A model generated the notes under the pieces. The model was not told the origin of the DNA and ran no database searches. It worked only from the letters and a program-made list of their open reading frames with translations. Both the position numbers and the translations under genes were made by a program. From Polyangiaceae bacterium (GTDB lineage Bacteria; Myxococcota_A; Polyangia; Polyangiales; Polyangiaceae), in contig JAPSGB010000049.1 in the NCBI GenBank assembly GCA_035063585.1, positions 1-32,859 on the forward strand: a stretch of 32,859 nt of DNA, read 5' to 3'. Every line of letters starts with the position of its first letter. Position 1 is the stretch's first letter. This document shows positions 20,431 through 28,663 of this stretch, piece by piece.

Positions 20431-21188
20431 CCGAGCCCATGCCCCAGTTCGCGTCTCCCTCGCCGGCGACTCCGCCGCCCCCCTCGAGAGGCCTCCGCGC
20501 CTTCGCCGGCGCGCTCGCAGCGGTCGCGGGCGTGGTGCTGCTAGCCGGCGTCGGTCTCGCGATCTCGCATTCGGTGGGCGCGGCCGAGGAGCGTTTGCTC
20601 ACTCCGACCGCCGAGGCGCCGAAGATCGCCGTCGCAGCGGAGGCGGAGGTCGCCTACTGCACGCCAAAATTCAAGCAGGTGCTCGAGCGCGTGCTCCACT
20701 CGTGCGGGCTCGCCACTGGCGCCGAGCGCCGCGGCTGCAAGCCGGCGGACGTGAAGAGCTTCGCGTCGATCAGCGACGACGACTTCAACGCATTGTTCGC
20801 GCCGCTCGAGGGGAGGGGCGGGGTCGTGATGTTCGACAGCGGCAAGGACGAGCTCGATGACGCTGCGAAGAAGTTGCTCGAAGAGCGGTGGTTCGAGCGC
20901 AAGGGCGCGCGCTACTTCTTCGTGGTGGCGCGAGCCTCGAAGACCGGGACGGTAGACAAGAACCGGGCGCTCTCGCACCGCCGGGCGAACTCGGTGATGT
21001 TCTTTCTCCAGCAAATTGCGAAAGATCCCGAGATAGAAGAGAAGGTTGGGCTCCTCTGGCTGGGCAACGAGTTCGCTCAGCTCTCGAAAGGGTATTGCTC
21101 GTGGCCGAGCTCGCGAGAAAAAGACAAGTGCACCGAGGAATCGATCAACCGCAGCGCGTTCGTGTCGTGGGTCGACTGTCGGCTCTAG
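20427..21188 (+). CDS. Membrane-anchored Cys-rich protein with OmpA/MotB-like peptidoglycan-binding domain
   Basis: GTG at 20427 overlaps the VKOR stop. One N-terminal TM helix; VMFDSGKDELD...ARASKTG..DKNRALSHRRANSV (OmpA_C-like signature); 6 Cys. Confidence 0.75.
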   Translation: MTEPMPQFASPSPATPPPPSRGLRAFAGALAAVAGVVLLAGVGLAISHSVGAAEERLLTPTAEAPKIAVAAEAEVAYCTPKFKQVLERVLHSCGLATGAERRGCKPADVKSFASISDDDFNALFAPLEGRGGVVMFDSGKDELDDAAKKLLEERWFERKGARYFFVVARASKTGTVDKNRALSHRRANSVMFFLQQIAKDPEIEEKVGLLWLGNEFAQLSKGYCSWPSSREKDKCTEESINRSAFVSWVDCRL

Positions 21189-21832
21189 TCGCGCTCGCGG
21201 GTCTGGCCGCGCTCGCGGGGTGCGACCGCTCCCCGGACGCGCCCCGCGTTGGAAGCGAGCGGAGCCAGTCGGTCGCCGCCAAGACGAGCGGCGCTCCCGC
21301 GGAGCGCCCCGCGCCGAGGCCGTCCGCGACAGCGGCGCCGGCCGCGCGTGAACGGCTCTGCGCGGGTCAGCTCGAGCGTACGCCCCGGGCGTTCCCGAGC
21401 TCGAAGCTGTCCCGCGCGGCTGCGCCCGGTGCGCGCTCGGTCGGAGCGACGCTCGAGGTGGGGCATGGACGGTGGACGTGGGTGAACCTGTGGGCGGCCT
21501 GGTGCGTGCCCTGCAAGGAGGAGATCCCGACGCTGCTTCGCTGGCGGAGCGAGCTCGCCGGCAAGCTCGAGTTCGCCTTCGTGTCACTCGACGACGACCA
21601 GCGGCAGCTCGAAGGGTTCCTCGCGGCGCAACCGTCCGGTGGCCTGCGGGCGAGCCACTGGCTCGAGGATGGAGACGAGCGCGAGCGGTGGCTCGAAGGC
21701 TCGAGCGTCGGGCGCGATCCCGATCTGCCGGTGCAGCTCTTGCTCGATCCGGCGGGGAAGCTCCGCTGCATCATCCGCGGCGCCATCGATGCGAGCGATC
21801 TGCCGGAGCTGCGTCGGATCGTCAGCGGCTGA
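21167..21832 (+). CDS. TlpA/ResA-like thiol-disulfide oxidoreductase lipoprotein
   Basis: GTG at 21167 gives lipobox LAALAG-C; VNLWAAWCVPCKEEIP, FVSLDDD, LPVQLLLDPAG. Confidence 0.88.
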   Translation: MGRLSALVALAGLAALAGCDRSPDAPRVGSERSQSVAAKTSGAPAERPAPRPSATAAPAARERLCAGQLERTPRAFPSSKLSRAAAPGARSVGATLEVGHGRWTWVNLWAAWCVPCKEEIPTLLRWRSELAGKLEFAFVSLDDDQRQLEGFLAAQPSGGLRASHWLEDGDERERWLEGSSVGRDPDLPVQLLLDPAGKLRCIIRGAIDASDLPELRRIVSG

Positions 21833-21898
21833 GCCAGGCGGAGCGGCGAGCGCGCCGGAAGAGCGGGACCGCGCGCGTCGTATGCTACTTTCGAGACC

Positions 21899-23485
21899 AT
21901 GGCCTCTCGCGTCCCGCTCGCGCTCGGTCTTGCCGTGGTCGCCGTGGTCGACTGCGCGGCGCCCGCCCGGCGACCGGTCATGATGCCCGGCGCCACGGGC
22001 GCCTACGCCGTGCCGCCGTCGTATGGGCCGCCCGCGCCGCCTCCGCCCTTCCAGCGCCCGTGGACAGCGGCGCTCCGGCTCCCCGAGCTCCCGCCGCCGC
22101 CGCCGCTCTCCGCGTTTCAGTGGCCGGGCCTGCCGACGCTCTCCTTTCCGCCCATCCCCGGGCTCCCGGCGATCCCGGGGCTCACCGCGCCGGCCCCGTC
22201 GTCGAGCGGCGGACGTTGCGGGTTCGCCAACGTTGGCGGTGAGCTCATGGCGCTCGACTGCATCACCCCGACCTACGGGCTCGTCCCGATGGCGAGCAGG
22301 TACATCCTCGGCCGGCGCGCCTTCGCGCTCACCGACGGCGACGGCGAGCCGGCAGTGGTCGATCACCGCGCGAACGGGAGCGAAGGCCCCATTCGCAATC
22401 AGGGTCCGGTGGGCGCGTGCACCGCGTTCTCGCTCGCGGCTGCCATCGACCACGCGGTCGCGACCTCCACCGGCTCGCCTGCAGCGGTCAACGTCATGGG
22501 GATCTGGGGTCGCTACCACACTCCATATATGGAGCGCGCGATCGATGGAAACCGAGGTCGTCCGCTCGGCGTCGAGTCCGCGTGGCCCTACGACGCGAAG
22601 ACCGCGTGCCAATGGGGCAGCACGCGCGACTGCGACTGCGGCGCGGTGCTCGCGGTGAGCTGCGGCCAGCCGGTAGACACCGCCCGGATCGCGCGGCTCG
22701 AGGAGACCTCGAGCGTCACGCTGAGTAGCGTCACGCGTCTGCCCGACGGCGAGCTCGACGAGCTTCGCGCGGTCCTCGCCAAGGGACAGGACGTGTGGTT
22801 TTCGATGGCCGTCGATGACCGCATGAGCCGCGTCCGGGGCTCGAACGCCGTGGTGCCGGACGGCGATTTTCGCGCGAGCGGCTCGGGGCACGCCATGGTC
22901 ATCGCGGGTTACAAGCGCCAGAGCAACGGGACCTATTTTCTGCTCCACAATAGCTGGGGCACGGGCTGGGGCGACAACGGCTACGCGTGGATCCACGAAC
23001 ATACGCTCCGCACCAATCTCCGCTACGCGTACGTGGTCGACGTCACGACGCCGAGCGCGCCGCCGCAGCCGGTGCCGCCACAGCCGCCGCAGCCGAACGT
23101 GCCCGGGCAGCCGACCCCGCCGCTCTCGAACGCCGGCTACTGCCCGGCCGGCACCGTGCCGGACAGCGGGCTCCTCCTCTGCCTGCCGCCCTGCCCGGAC
23201 GGCAGCCCGCGGCACTTCAACACCTGCGCGCAGGCCGCGCCCGGCGCGCCGAGCGGCTGCCCGGCGGGGCAGGTGAACCTGTTCGGCCTGTGCGTCGCGG
23301 TGCCGCGGCTAGGCGCCGGCACCGACGCCGCGACCGGCATCCGCCATCAGTGCGGCGCGAGCGGCTGCACCTACGTGGTGCCCGGAGGCGTGGCGGGCTG
23401 CACGAGCGCGGCGTGCATGCGCTCGTGCCCGTCGCCGAAGTACATGCTCACGGTCGGCCCGCTCGGCCTCGGCTGCGCCGAGTGA
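21899..23485 (+). CDS. Exported papain-like (C1 family) cysteine peptidase with Pro-rich linkers and a 12-Cys C-terminal domain
   Basis: PIRNQGPVGACTAFS (oxyanion Q, catalytic C), GHAMVIAGY (H), HNSWGTGWGDNGYAWI (N). Hydrophobic N-terminus ending in VVD-C. Confidence 0.9.
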   Translation: MASRVPLALGLAVVAVVDCAAPARRPVMMPGATGAYAVPPSYGPPAPPPPFQRPWTAALRLPELPPPPPLSAFQWPGLPTLSFPPIPGLPAIPGLTAPAPSSSGGRCGFANVGGELMALDCITPTYGLVPMASRYILGRRAFALTDGDGEPAVVDHRANGSEGPIRNQGPVGACTAFSLAAAIDHAVATSTGSPAAVNVMGIWGRYHTPYMERAIDGNRGRPLGVESAWPYDAKTACQWGSTRDCDCGAVLAVSCGQPVDTARIARLEETSSVTLSSVTRLPDGELDELRAVLAKGQDVWFSMAVDDRMSRVRGSNAVVPDGDFRASGSGHAMVIAGYKRQSNGTYFLLHNSWGTGWGDNGYAWIHEHTLRTNLRYAYVVDVTTPSAPPQPVPPQPPQPNVPGQPTPPLSNAGYCPAGTVPDSGLLLCLPPCPDGSPRHFNTCAQAAPGAPSGCPAGQVNLFGLCVAVPRLGAGTDAATGIRHQCGASGCTYVVPGGVAGCTSAACMRSCPSPKYMLTVGPLGLGCAE

Positions 23486-23987
23486 GCCGTCGCCGGCGCG
23501 CGCCGAGCGCGAGCGCGCTCGCCGCGCCGAGGACGAGCGCTCCGCCGGGGTCGCCCGGCGCGTCACCGACCGTGCACGCGCCGCAACCCGGCTTCTTCTC
23601 GAGCGGAGGGACGGCGGTGACGTCCTCGGCGCGCTCGCTCGGGGGTGAGCTCGCGCCGTGGCTCGAAGTGCCGCCGTCCGGGACCGGCGTGGGCGCGGCG
23701 TCGGCCCGATCGATAGGCGCCTCGCCGCGGCACCACAGCTCCTTCCAGACGCTCGCTCCGGCGGTGCGGCAGACGCGCACGAGGCCCTCGTCCGCGAGCG
23801 GCGCACATTTGTCGGGCTCGCTGTGCCACGCGGCGCAATACCGGCAATCCCTGTCGGGGTGAGCGTAGAGGTTACACGGATCCCGAGCGGGCCCGGGGCC
23901 GGGTGCTAGATCAGCGAGCGCGGTCGCGGTGAGCGCCGACACTGCGACCGAGATCGCGACCCCAATGAGCCCCCGGCGTCTCCTCAT
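23448..23987 (-). CDS. Small Cys-rich exported protein with MYXO-CTERM-like sorting tail
   Basis: Signal peptide (MRRRRGLIGVAISVAVSALTATALA-D), a 6-Cys domain, a linker, then KKPGCGAC..G...GGALVLGAASALALGARRRR. Start 23987 preferred over 23996 because a -10 box overlaps the latter. Confidence 0.8.
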   Translation of the reverse strand: MRRRRGLIGVAISVAVSALTATALADLAPGPGPARDPCNLYAHPDRDCRYCAAWHSEPDKCAPLADEGLVRVCRTAGASVWKELWCRGEAPIDRADAAPTPVPDGGTSSHGASSPPSERAEDVTAVPPLEKKPGCGACTVGDAPGDPGGALVLGAASALALGARRRRLTRRSRGRAGRP

Positions 23988-24087
23988 GCGCTCCATCCTA
24001 CCAACCTTCCGCCGCGCCCGTCACCTGGGCGATGCGAGGGTTCGCGCGCTTGACAGCGGCAGCGCGCCCGGCTCGGATCCGCGCTCG

Positions 24088-24702
24088 ATGCTCGAGGTGG
24101 TCCCGCCGCGCCTGGTCTTGGCCTTCGCGAGCGTGGTCTCGCTCACCATCGCATGCGAGTCGGGCGAGCCTGCGCCGGGCGTCCGCGCGGAGCCGGGACC
24201 TCGCGCCGCGAACGCGCCCGCGCAAACTGCGGCGCCGCGCGCCGCCCGGCCCGCTCCCGCGCCGCTCGGTGCGCCGGCGCCCGCTCCGCCGGCCGCGGAC
24301 GATCACGGCTGGAACAGCGCCCAGATCGCCTGGCAGCCGTTCGAGGCCGGCCTCGAACGGGCGCGCGCGGAGCAGAAGCCCCTGTGCCTGGTGCTCTACA
24401 CCTCGTGGTGCCCGCACTGTCGCAACTACGCCAAGGTGTTCGATGACCCGCGGGTGGTGAGCGAGTCGAAGCGCTTCGTCATGGTGCGCGCCGATACCGA
24501 CCGTGAGCCCGGCCTCGGCTCTCGCTTCGCGCCCGACGGCGAGTACATCCCGCGCACCTTCTTCCTCGACCCGGAGGGCAAGCTCGACCCCGAGGTCAAC
24601 GCCGGCCGAGACCGGTTCCGCTTCTTCTATGACGAGAAGGACCCGTCCGCGCTCCTCGGTGCGATGCAGCGCGCGCTCGGGCGGCTGGCCCGGCCGCGAT
24701 GA
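24088..24702 (+). CDS. Thioredoxin-fold lipoprotein, ERp18/AGR-like, WCPHC active site
   Basis: Lipobox LTIA-C, Pro/Ala linker; IAW..FEAGLERARAEQKPLCLVLYTSWCPHC, FVMV, PDGEYIPRTFFLDPEGK. Confidence 0.85.
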   Translation: MLEVVPPRLVLAFASVVSLTIACESGEPAPGVRAEPGPRAANAPAQTAAPRAARPAPAPLGAPAPAPPAADDHGWNSAQIAWQPFEAGLERARAEQKPLCLVLYTSWCPHCRNYAKVFDDPRVVSESKRFVMVRADTDREPGLGSRFAPDGEYIPRTFFLDPEGKLDPEVNAGRDRFRFFYDEKDPSALLGAMQRALGRLARPR

Positions 24703-25850
24703 GCCGGGCCCAGTTCGAGCTCGAGCTGCCGCGCTTTCTCGAGAAAGCGCTCGCGAGCGGGCACCCGTGGGTCTATCGGGATCACGTCCCGCGCGACTTC
24801 GCCGCGCCGACCGGCGGCGTGGTGCGCGTGCGGGCCGGCGCCTGGACCGGGTTCGCGCTGTGGGACGAGCGCTCGCCCATCGCGCTCCGCGTGCTCGGCG
24901 AGCGGCAGCCGCCCGATGCGGCCTGGGTGCGAGCGCGCGTCCGCGCCGCCTGGGAGCTCCGCGAGCGCGTGCGCGCCGCGCGGACCAGCGCGTACCGCTG
25001 GCTCTTCGGCGAGGGTGACGGGCTGCCGGGGATCGTGGTGGATCTCTACGGCGCGTTCGCGGTGGTCGTCACCTACGCGGACGCGGTCGAGCCGCTCGTG
25101 GGTTGGGTCATCGAGGCCCTGGGCGAGACGACGCCGCTTCGCGGCGTGCTCCGGCGCCGCGAGAGCGGGGTGGAGGTGGTGAGCGGTCGCGCGCCGCCGC
25201 GCGACCTGGTGGTCGAGGAGCACGGTGTGCGGCTCCGCGCGAACCTCTTCGAGGGGCAGAAGACCGGCCTCTTCCTCGACCATCGCGACCATCGCCGCAC
25301 CGTCGGTGAGCTCTCTGCGGGGCGGCGCGTGCTGAACCTCTTCTCGTATAGCGGCGCCTTCTCGCTCCACGCGGCGCTCGGCGGCGCGACCGTGGTGACG
25401 AGCGTCGACTCGGCGCCAGCGGCCGCCGAGGACGCGCGGGAGAATTTCCGCTTGAACGGCCTCGACCCCGACTCCCACGAGTTCGTGGTGGCCGACGTGT
25501 TCGATTACCTCGCTGGCTGCCGGGAGCGCTACGACCTCGTGATCTGCGACCCGCCGAGCTTCGCCCGGAGCCGCGACCAGCTCCGCCAGGCGCTTCGCGC
25601 CTACACGCGGGTGAACGCCGCCGGGCTGCGAGTCACCAGCGAGGGCGCGCTGTACGCGGCGGCGAGCTGCACTGCGCAGGTGTCGCCCGAGGCGTTTCGC
25701 GAGGCGCTCGCCGAGGCGGGGCGGCGCGCCAAGCGACGCTTCCAGATCATCCATGACGCGGGGCAGCCGGTCGATCACCCCGTCTTCGCCGGGCACCTCG
25801 AGGGCCGCTACCTGAAGTTCGTGGTCGGCCGGCTCTTGCCGGCGCCGTGA
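24699..25850 (+). CDS. Class I SAM-dependent rRNA methyltransferase, RlmI/YccW family
   Basis: GHPWVY, EGDGLPGIVVDLYG, GQKTGLFLDHR, VLNLFSYSGAFS, DLVICDPPSFA, ASC, DHP, YLK. ATG overlaps the upstream TGA. Confidence 0.92.
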   Translation: MSRAQFELELPRFLEKALASGHPWVYRDHVPRDFAAPTGGVVRVRAGAWTGFALWDERSPIALRVLGERQPPDAAWVRARVRAAWELRERVRAARTSAYRWLFGEGDGLPGIVVDLYGAFAVVVTYADAVEPLVGWVIEALGETTPLRGVLRRRESGVEVVSGRAPPRDLVVEEHGVRLRANLFEGQKTGLFLDHRDHRRTVGELSAGRRVLNLFSYSGAFSLHAALGGATVVTSVDSAPAAAEDARENFRLNGLDPDSHEFVVADVFDYLAGCRERYDLVICDPPSFARSRDQLRQALRAYTRVNAAGLRVTSEGALYAAASCTAQVSPEAFREALAEAGRRAKRRFQIIHDAGQPVDHPVFAGHLEGRYLKFVVGRLLPAP

Positions 25851-25860
25851 GCGCGCAGGC

Positions 25861-26640
25861 TCAAAATACGTACCTCAGCGCGAGCGCGCCGTACGCCGCG
25901 AGCGCGCGCTGGCTCGCGGCGGTGCGATCGAGGAGCACGCTATAGTCGCGCAGGCCGCCGAACAGCGCGAGCGCCGTGTGCGGAGACACCTGGTACCACT
26001 CGACGCCGAGCACACCGCCGAAGTACGGGCTGAGCGACGTCGAGTCGCGATAGCCGTACGTCACCAGCACGTCGCTCGGGATCCCGGCCGCGCCGATGGT
26101 GCCCTGCGCGTAGAGCCCCACGCGATCGGTCGGCTTCACGGTGAAGCGCAACCCGCCACCGAAGCCGTAGAGCACGTAGCCGCGCGGCTCCGGTGGTGGG
26201 CGGGCGTACGAGGTGTTGCCGAACGAGAGATCCGACTCGGCGAGCAGCATCACCCAGCGCGCCGGCTCCCAGCCGAACTCGAGGTGGAACAGCGGGGCGA
26301 GCGGCGTGACGTGCTTCATCGGGCCGAGGTGCTGCAGCGCGCCGACTCCTCCGGTCACGACGAAGCCGTGAGGGCGCGGTGGCAGCGGTGGCGGCGCGTC
26401 GGGATCGCCGTCGCTCCGCTCCGCGCTCGCCGCGGGGAGCCCGCGCGCGTCGAGCCACGCCTCGACCTCCTCGCGGGTCGGCTCGGGCGCGGCGGCGCCG
26501 CCGCGTTCCTCGGCGGCGCGAGCCGGTCGCGGCGCCGACACCAGCGCGCCCGTCGCGAGGGAGAACGCGAGGAGCCGGATCGTCGAGCGGGCGAGCACGG
26601 TGACCTCACGGTAGCGGTCCCGCGCCGGACCGGCAATCAC
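25861..26640 (-). CDS. Putative outer-membrane beta-barrel protein
   Basis: Signal peptide ending ARA-A; amphipathic beta strands (LEFGWE, GGGLRFT, GLYAQGTIG, VLGVEWY); C-terminal ALALRYVF (BAM-type aromatic terminus). Start uncertain; the GTG overlaps the pyrE stop. Confidence 0.7.
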   Translation of the reverse strand: MIAGPARDRYREVTVLARSTIRLLAFSLATGALVSAPRPARAAEERGGAAAPEPTREEVEAWLDARGLPAASAERSDGDPDAPPPLPPRPHGFVVTGGVGALQHLGPMKHVTPLAPLFHLEFGWEPARWVMLLAESDLSFGNTSYARPPPEPRGYVLYGFGGGLRFTVKPTDRVGLYAQGTIGAAGIPSDVLVTYGYRDSTSLSPYFGGVLGVEWYQVSPHTALALFGGLRDYSVLLDRTAASQRALAAYGALALRYVF

Positions 26641-27194
26641 TCCATGAAGTCGCGGCGGTTCGACAGGGTGACGAGCGGCAGGCCGGCGGCGCGGATGGTC
26701 TCGGCGCCGCCCTCCAGGCGATCGACCAGCGCGACGATCCCCACCACCTCGGCGCCGGCGGCTCGGAGCGCCTCCACCGCGCGCAAGCTCGAGCCACCGG
26801 TGGTCACCACGTCCTCGAGGAGCGCCACCCGGAGCCCGGGCCGGAGGGCCTTGTCACCCTCGACGAGCTTCTTGCTGCCGTGATCCTTTTGGGCCTTGCG
26901 GACGTAGAGGGCAGGCAGATCGCGCCCGCGCTGGTGGCTCACGAGGGAGACCGCGCTCGCCAGCGGACAGCCGCCGAGCTCGACCCCGCCTACCGCGTCG
27001 CACTCCGGGAGCTCCGCGAGCGCGTCGAACATGAGCTCGCCCACGAGCGCGTGCCCCTCGGCCGTGAGCACGGTCTGCTTGCAGTCGATGAAGAAATCAC
27101 TCTCCCGGCCGGAGGCGAGGATCACGCGCCTCCGCTCGAAGCTGCGCTCGCGGAGCAGCTCGACGAGTCGCGCGAGCTTCTCGGAGGGCGGCAT
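26637..27194 (-). CDS. pyrE: Orotate phosphoribosyltransferase
   Basis: LASGRESDFFIDCK, YVRKAQKDHG, PRPP-binding LLEDVVTTGGS, LVDRLEG. Confidence 0.97.
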   Translation of the reverse strand: MPPSEKLARLVELLRERSFERRRVILASGRESDFFIDCKQTVLTAEGHALVGELMFDALAELPECDAVGGVELGGCPLASAVSLVSHQRGRDLPALYVRKAQKDHGSKKLVEGDKALRPGLRVALLEDVVTTGGSSLRAVEALRAAGAEVVGIVALVDRLEGGAETIRAAGLPLVTLSNRRDFME

Positions 27195-27197
27195 GCG

Positions 27198-27827
27198 CTA
27201 GCGGCTCCGCGTCTTCTTCTTGACGCGCGTCCCGCGGCGGAGCGCCGGCACCACCGGGGGCGGCGGCTGGCGCTTGACCGCGGGCTTCGGCTCGGCCGCC
27301 TTGGCCGCGGGCTTCGGCTCGGCCGCCTTGGCCGCGGGCCTCGGCTCGGTCGCCTTGGGTGCGGGCCTCGGCTCGGTCGACTTGGCTGCGGGCCTGGCGG
27401 GAGCCGGGCGCGCTTCGGCCCTCGGGATTTGCCGGGGCGGCGCGGGCTCCGCGCGGCGCGCCGGCTCGGCGCGGGCGGCGCTCCGCGCGCGCGGCGCGGC
27501 CCCCGAGGAGGCGCCGTCGGTCCGCACGTTCCCGCGCACCAGCGCGCCGTCGGCGATGCCGATGCGCGGCGCGGTGAGGTCCCCGATCACGCGCGCGGTG
27601 CTCTCGAGGGTCACGCTCTCCGCGCCGCGCAGCTCGCCCTGGACTGCGCCGGCGATGACCAGCGAGGCGCCGCCGATGTCTCCGAGCACGGCGGCGTGCT
27701 CGCCGAGCGTCACGTCGCCCGCGAAGGTGACGCCGCCCTCGACGCGGCCGAGGATCTCGACGTCGCCGTCGCCGCTCAGGTTGCCGCGGATGACCGTGGT
27801 CGGCCCGATGATCGAACGCGCTCTCAT
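27198..27827 (-). CDS. Bactofilin with long Pro/Ala/Lys-rich C-terminal tail (BacP-like)
   Basis: SIIGPTTVIRGNLSGDGDVEILGRVEG...ARVIGDLTAPRIGIADGALVRGNV bactofilin (DUF583) domain; disordered repeat tail; ATG at 27827. Confidence 0.9.
   Translation of the reverse strand: MRARSIIGPTTVIRGNLSGDGDVEILGRVEGGVTFAGDVTLGEHAAVLGDIGGASLVIAGAVQGELRGAESVTLESTARVIGDLTAPRIGIADGALVRGNVRTDGASSGAAPRARSAARAEPARRAEPAPPRQIPRAEARPAPARPAAKSTEPRPAPKATEPRPAAKAAEPKPAAKAAEPKPAVKRQPPPPVVPALRRGTRVKKKTRSR
27280..27387. repeat. 4 x 27-bp coding tandem repeat in the BacP-like tail
   Basis: GCGGGC(T/C)TCGGCTCGG...CTTGG units encode AAKSTEPRP / APKATEPRP / AAKAAEPKP / AAKAAEPKP. Confidence 0.85.
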
Positions 27828-27834
27828 GGTTCGC

Positions 27835-28149
27835 TCACACGTCCATGTCGACGTTGCCCTTGAACGAGGCGCCGTCCGCAATGGTGAGCCGCGCGGCCTT
27901 CACGTCGCCGATGAGGCGCCCGCCCGGCTGCAGGTCGACGCGCTCGCGCGCCGTCACGTTGCCGGTCACGTGCCCGCCGACCGAGAGCGACGCCGCGGCG
28001 ACGTCGGCCTCGACGAGCCCGCCGCTCGCGACGCTGACCGCGTCGGTGGTCTCGAGCCGCCCGCGCACCGTCCCGTGGATGACGAGCTCTTCCTCGCTCG
28101 TGATCTCGCCTTCGATCGTCAGCCCCTCGCCAATCACCGTGCCTGCCAT
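27835..28149 (-). CDS. Bactofilin (minimal, 104 aa)
   Basis: TVIGEGLTIEGEITSEEELVIHGTVRG...LIGDVKAARLTIADGASFKGNVDM; SD-like GGAG upstream. Confidence 0.95.
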   Translation of the reverse strand: MAGTVIGEGLTIEGEITSEEELVIHGTVRGRLETTDAVSVASGGLVEADVAAASLSVGGHVTGNVTARERVDLQPGGRLIGDVKAARLTIADGASFKGNVDMDV

Positions 28150-28185
28150 GGTCAATCTCCCGAACGAGAAGAAGAATCGCGCGCG

Positions 28186-28548
28186 TCAGCGACGCCGACG
28201 CGCGGGTCCGAGCTCGAGCTCGAACTCGGTGTCGAGCCGCACCGCGACCGTCGCGCCCGGCTCGATGGAGACGCGCGAGCCCTTGAGCGCGCCTTCGACC
28301 GTGGCGCCCGCGCGGACGGCGACCGGGCCCGTCGCGATGACGTCGCCGGTGAGCGTCCCGGCGATCTCGAGGCTCTCCGCGTGGACGTCGCCTTCCACGG
28401 CGCCGCCCCGGGCGATCTCCGCCGGTCCGGTCACCGAGACATCCCCGCGGACGCTGCCTTCGATCCGGAGCGCGCCCTCGCCGCCGACGTGCCCGGTCAC
28501 CCGGGTGGTGGGGCCGAGCACGGCCGTGTCTCTCGCTTGGGTCGCCAT
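28186..28548 (-). CDS. Bactofilin (120 aa)
   Basis: AVLGPTTRVTGHVGGEGALRIEGSVRGDV...VEGDVHAESLEIAGTLTGDV...VSIEPGA; ATG at 28548. Confidence 0.9.
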   Translation of the reverse strand: MATQARDTAVLGPTTRVTGHVGGEGALRIEGSVRGDVSVTGPAEIARGGAVEGDVHAESLEIAGTLTGDVIATGPVAVRAGATVEGALKGSRVSIEPGATVAVRLDTEFELELGPARRRR

Positions 28549-28663
28549 CGCCGGCGCGAAGCTAGTACAGCCGGCCGCTCGTGTCACCGGACCACTTGGT
28601 GCGGCGCCGGACCGGGCGCCGGCCGGCCCTTTCGGGTGATTTTCCTCGGCCGCGCGCCGGCCC

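Noticed and set aside
20990..21130. Local GC dip (30/60 GC at 21001-21060; a similar dip near 5520-5560 in glmS) as a sign of horizontal transfer
   Set aside because: The dips are short, lie inside intact genes, are partly explained by Lys/Glu/Phe/Ile-rich sequence, and have no mobility signatures.
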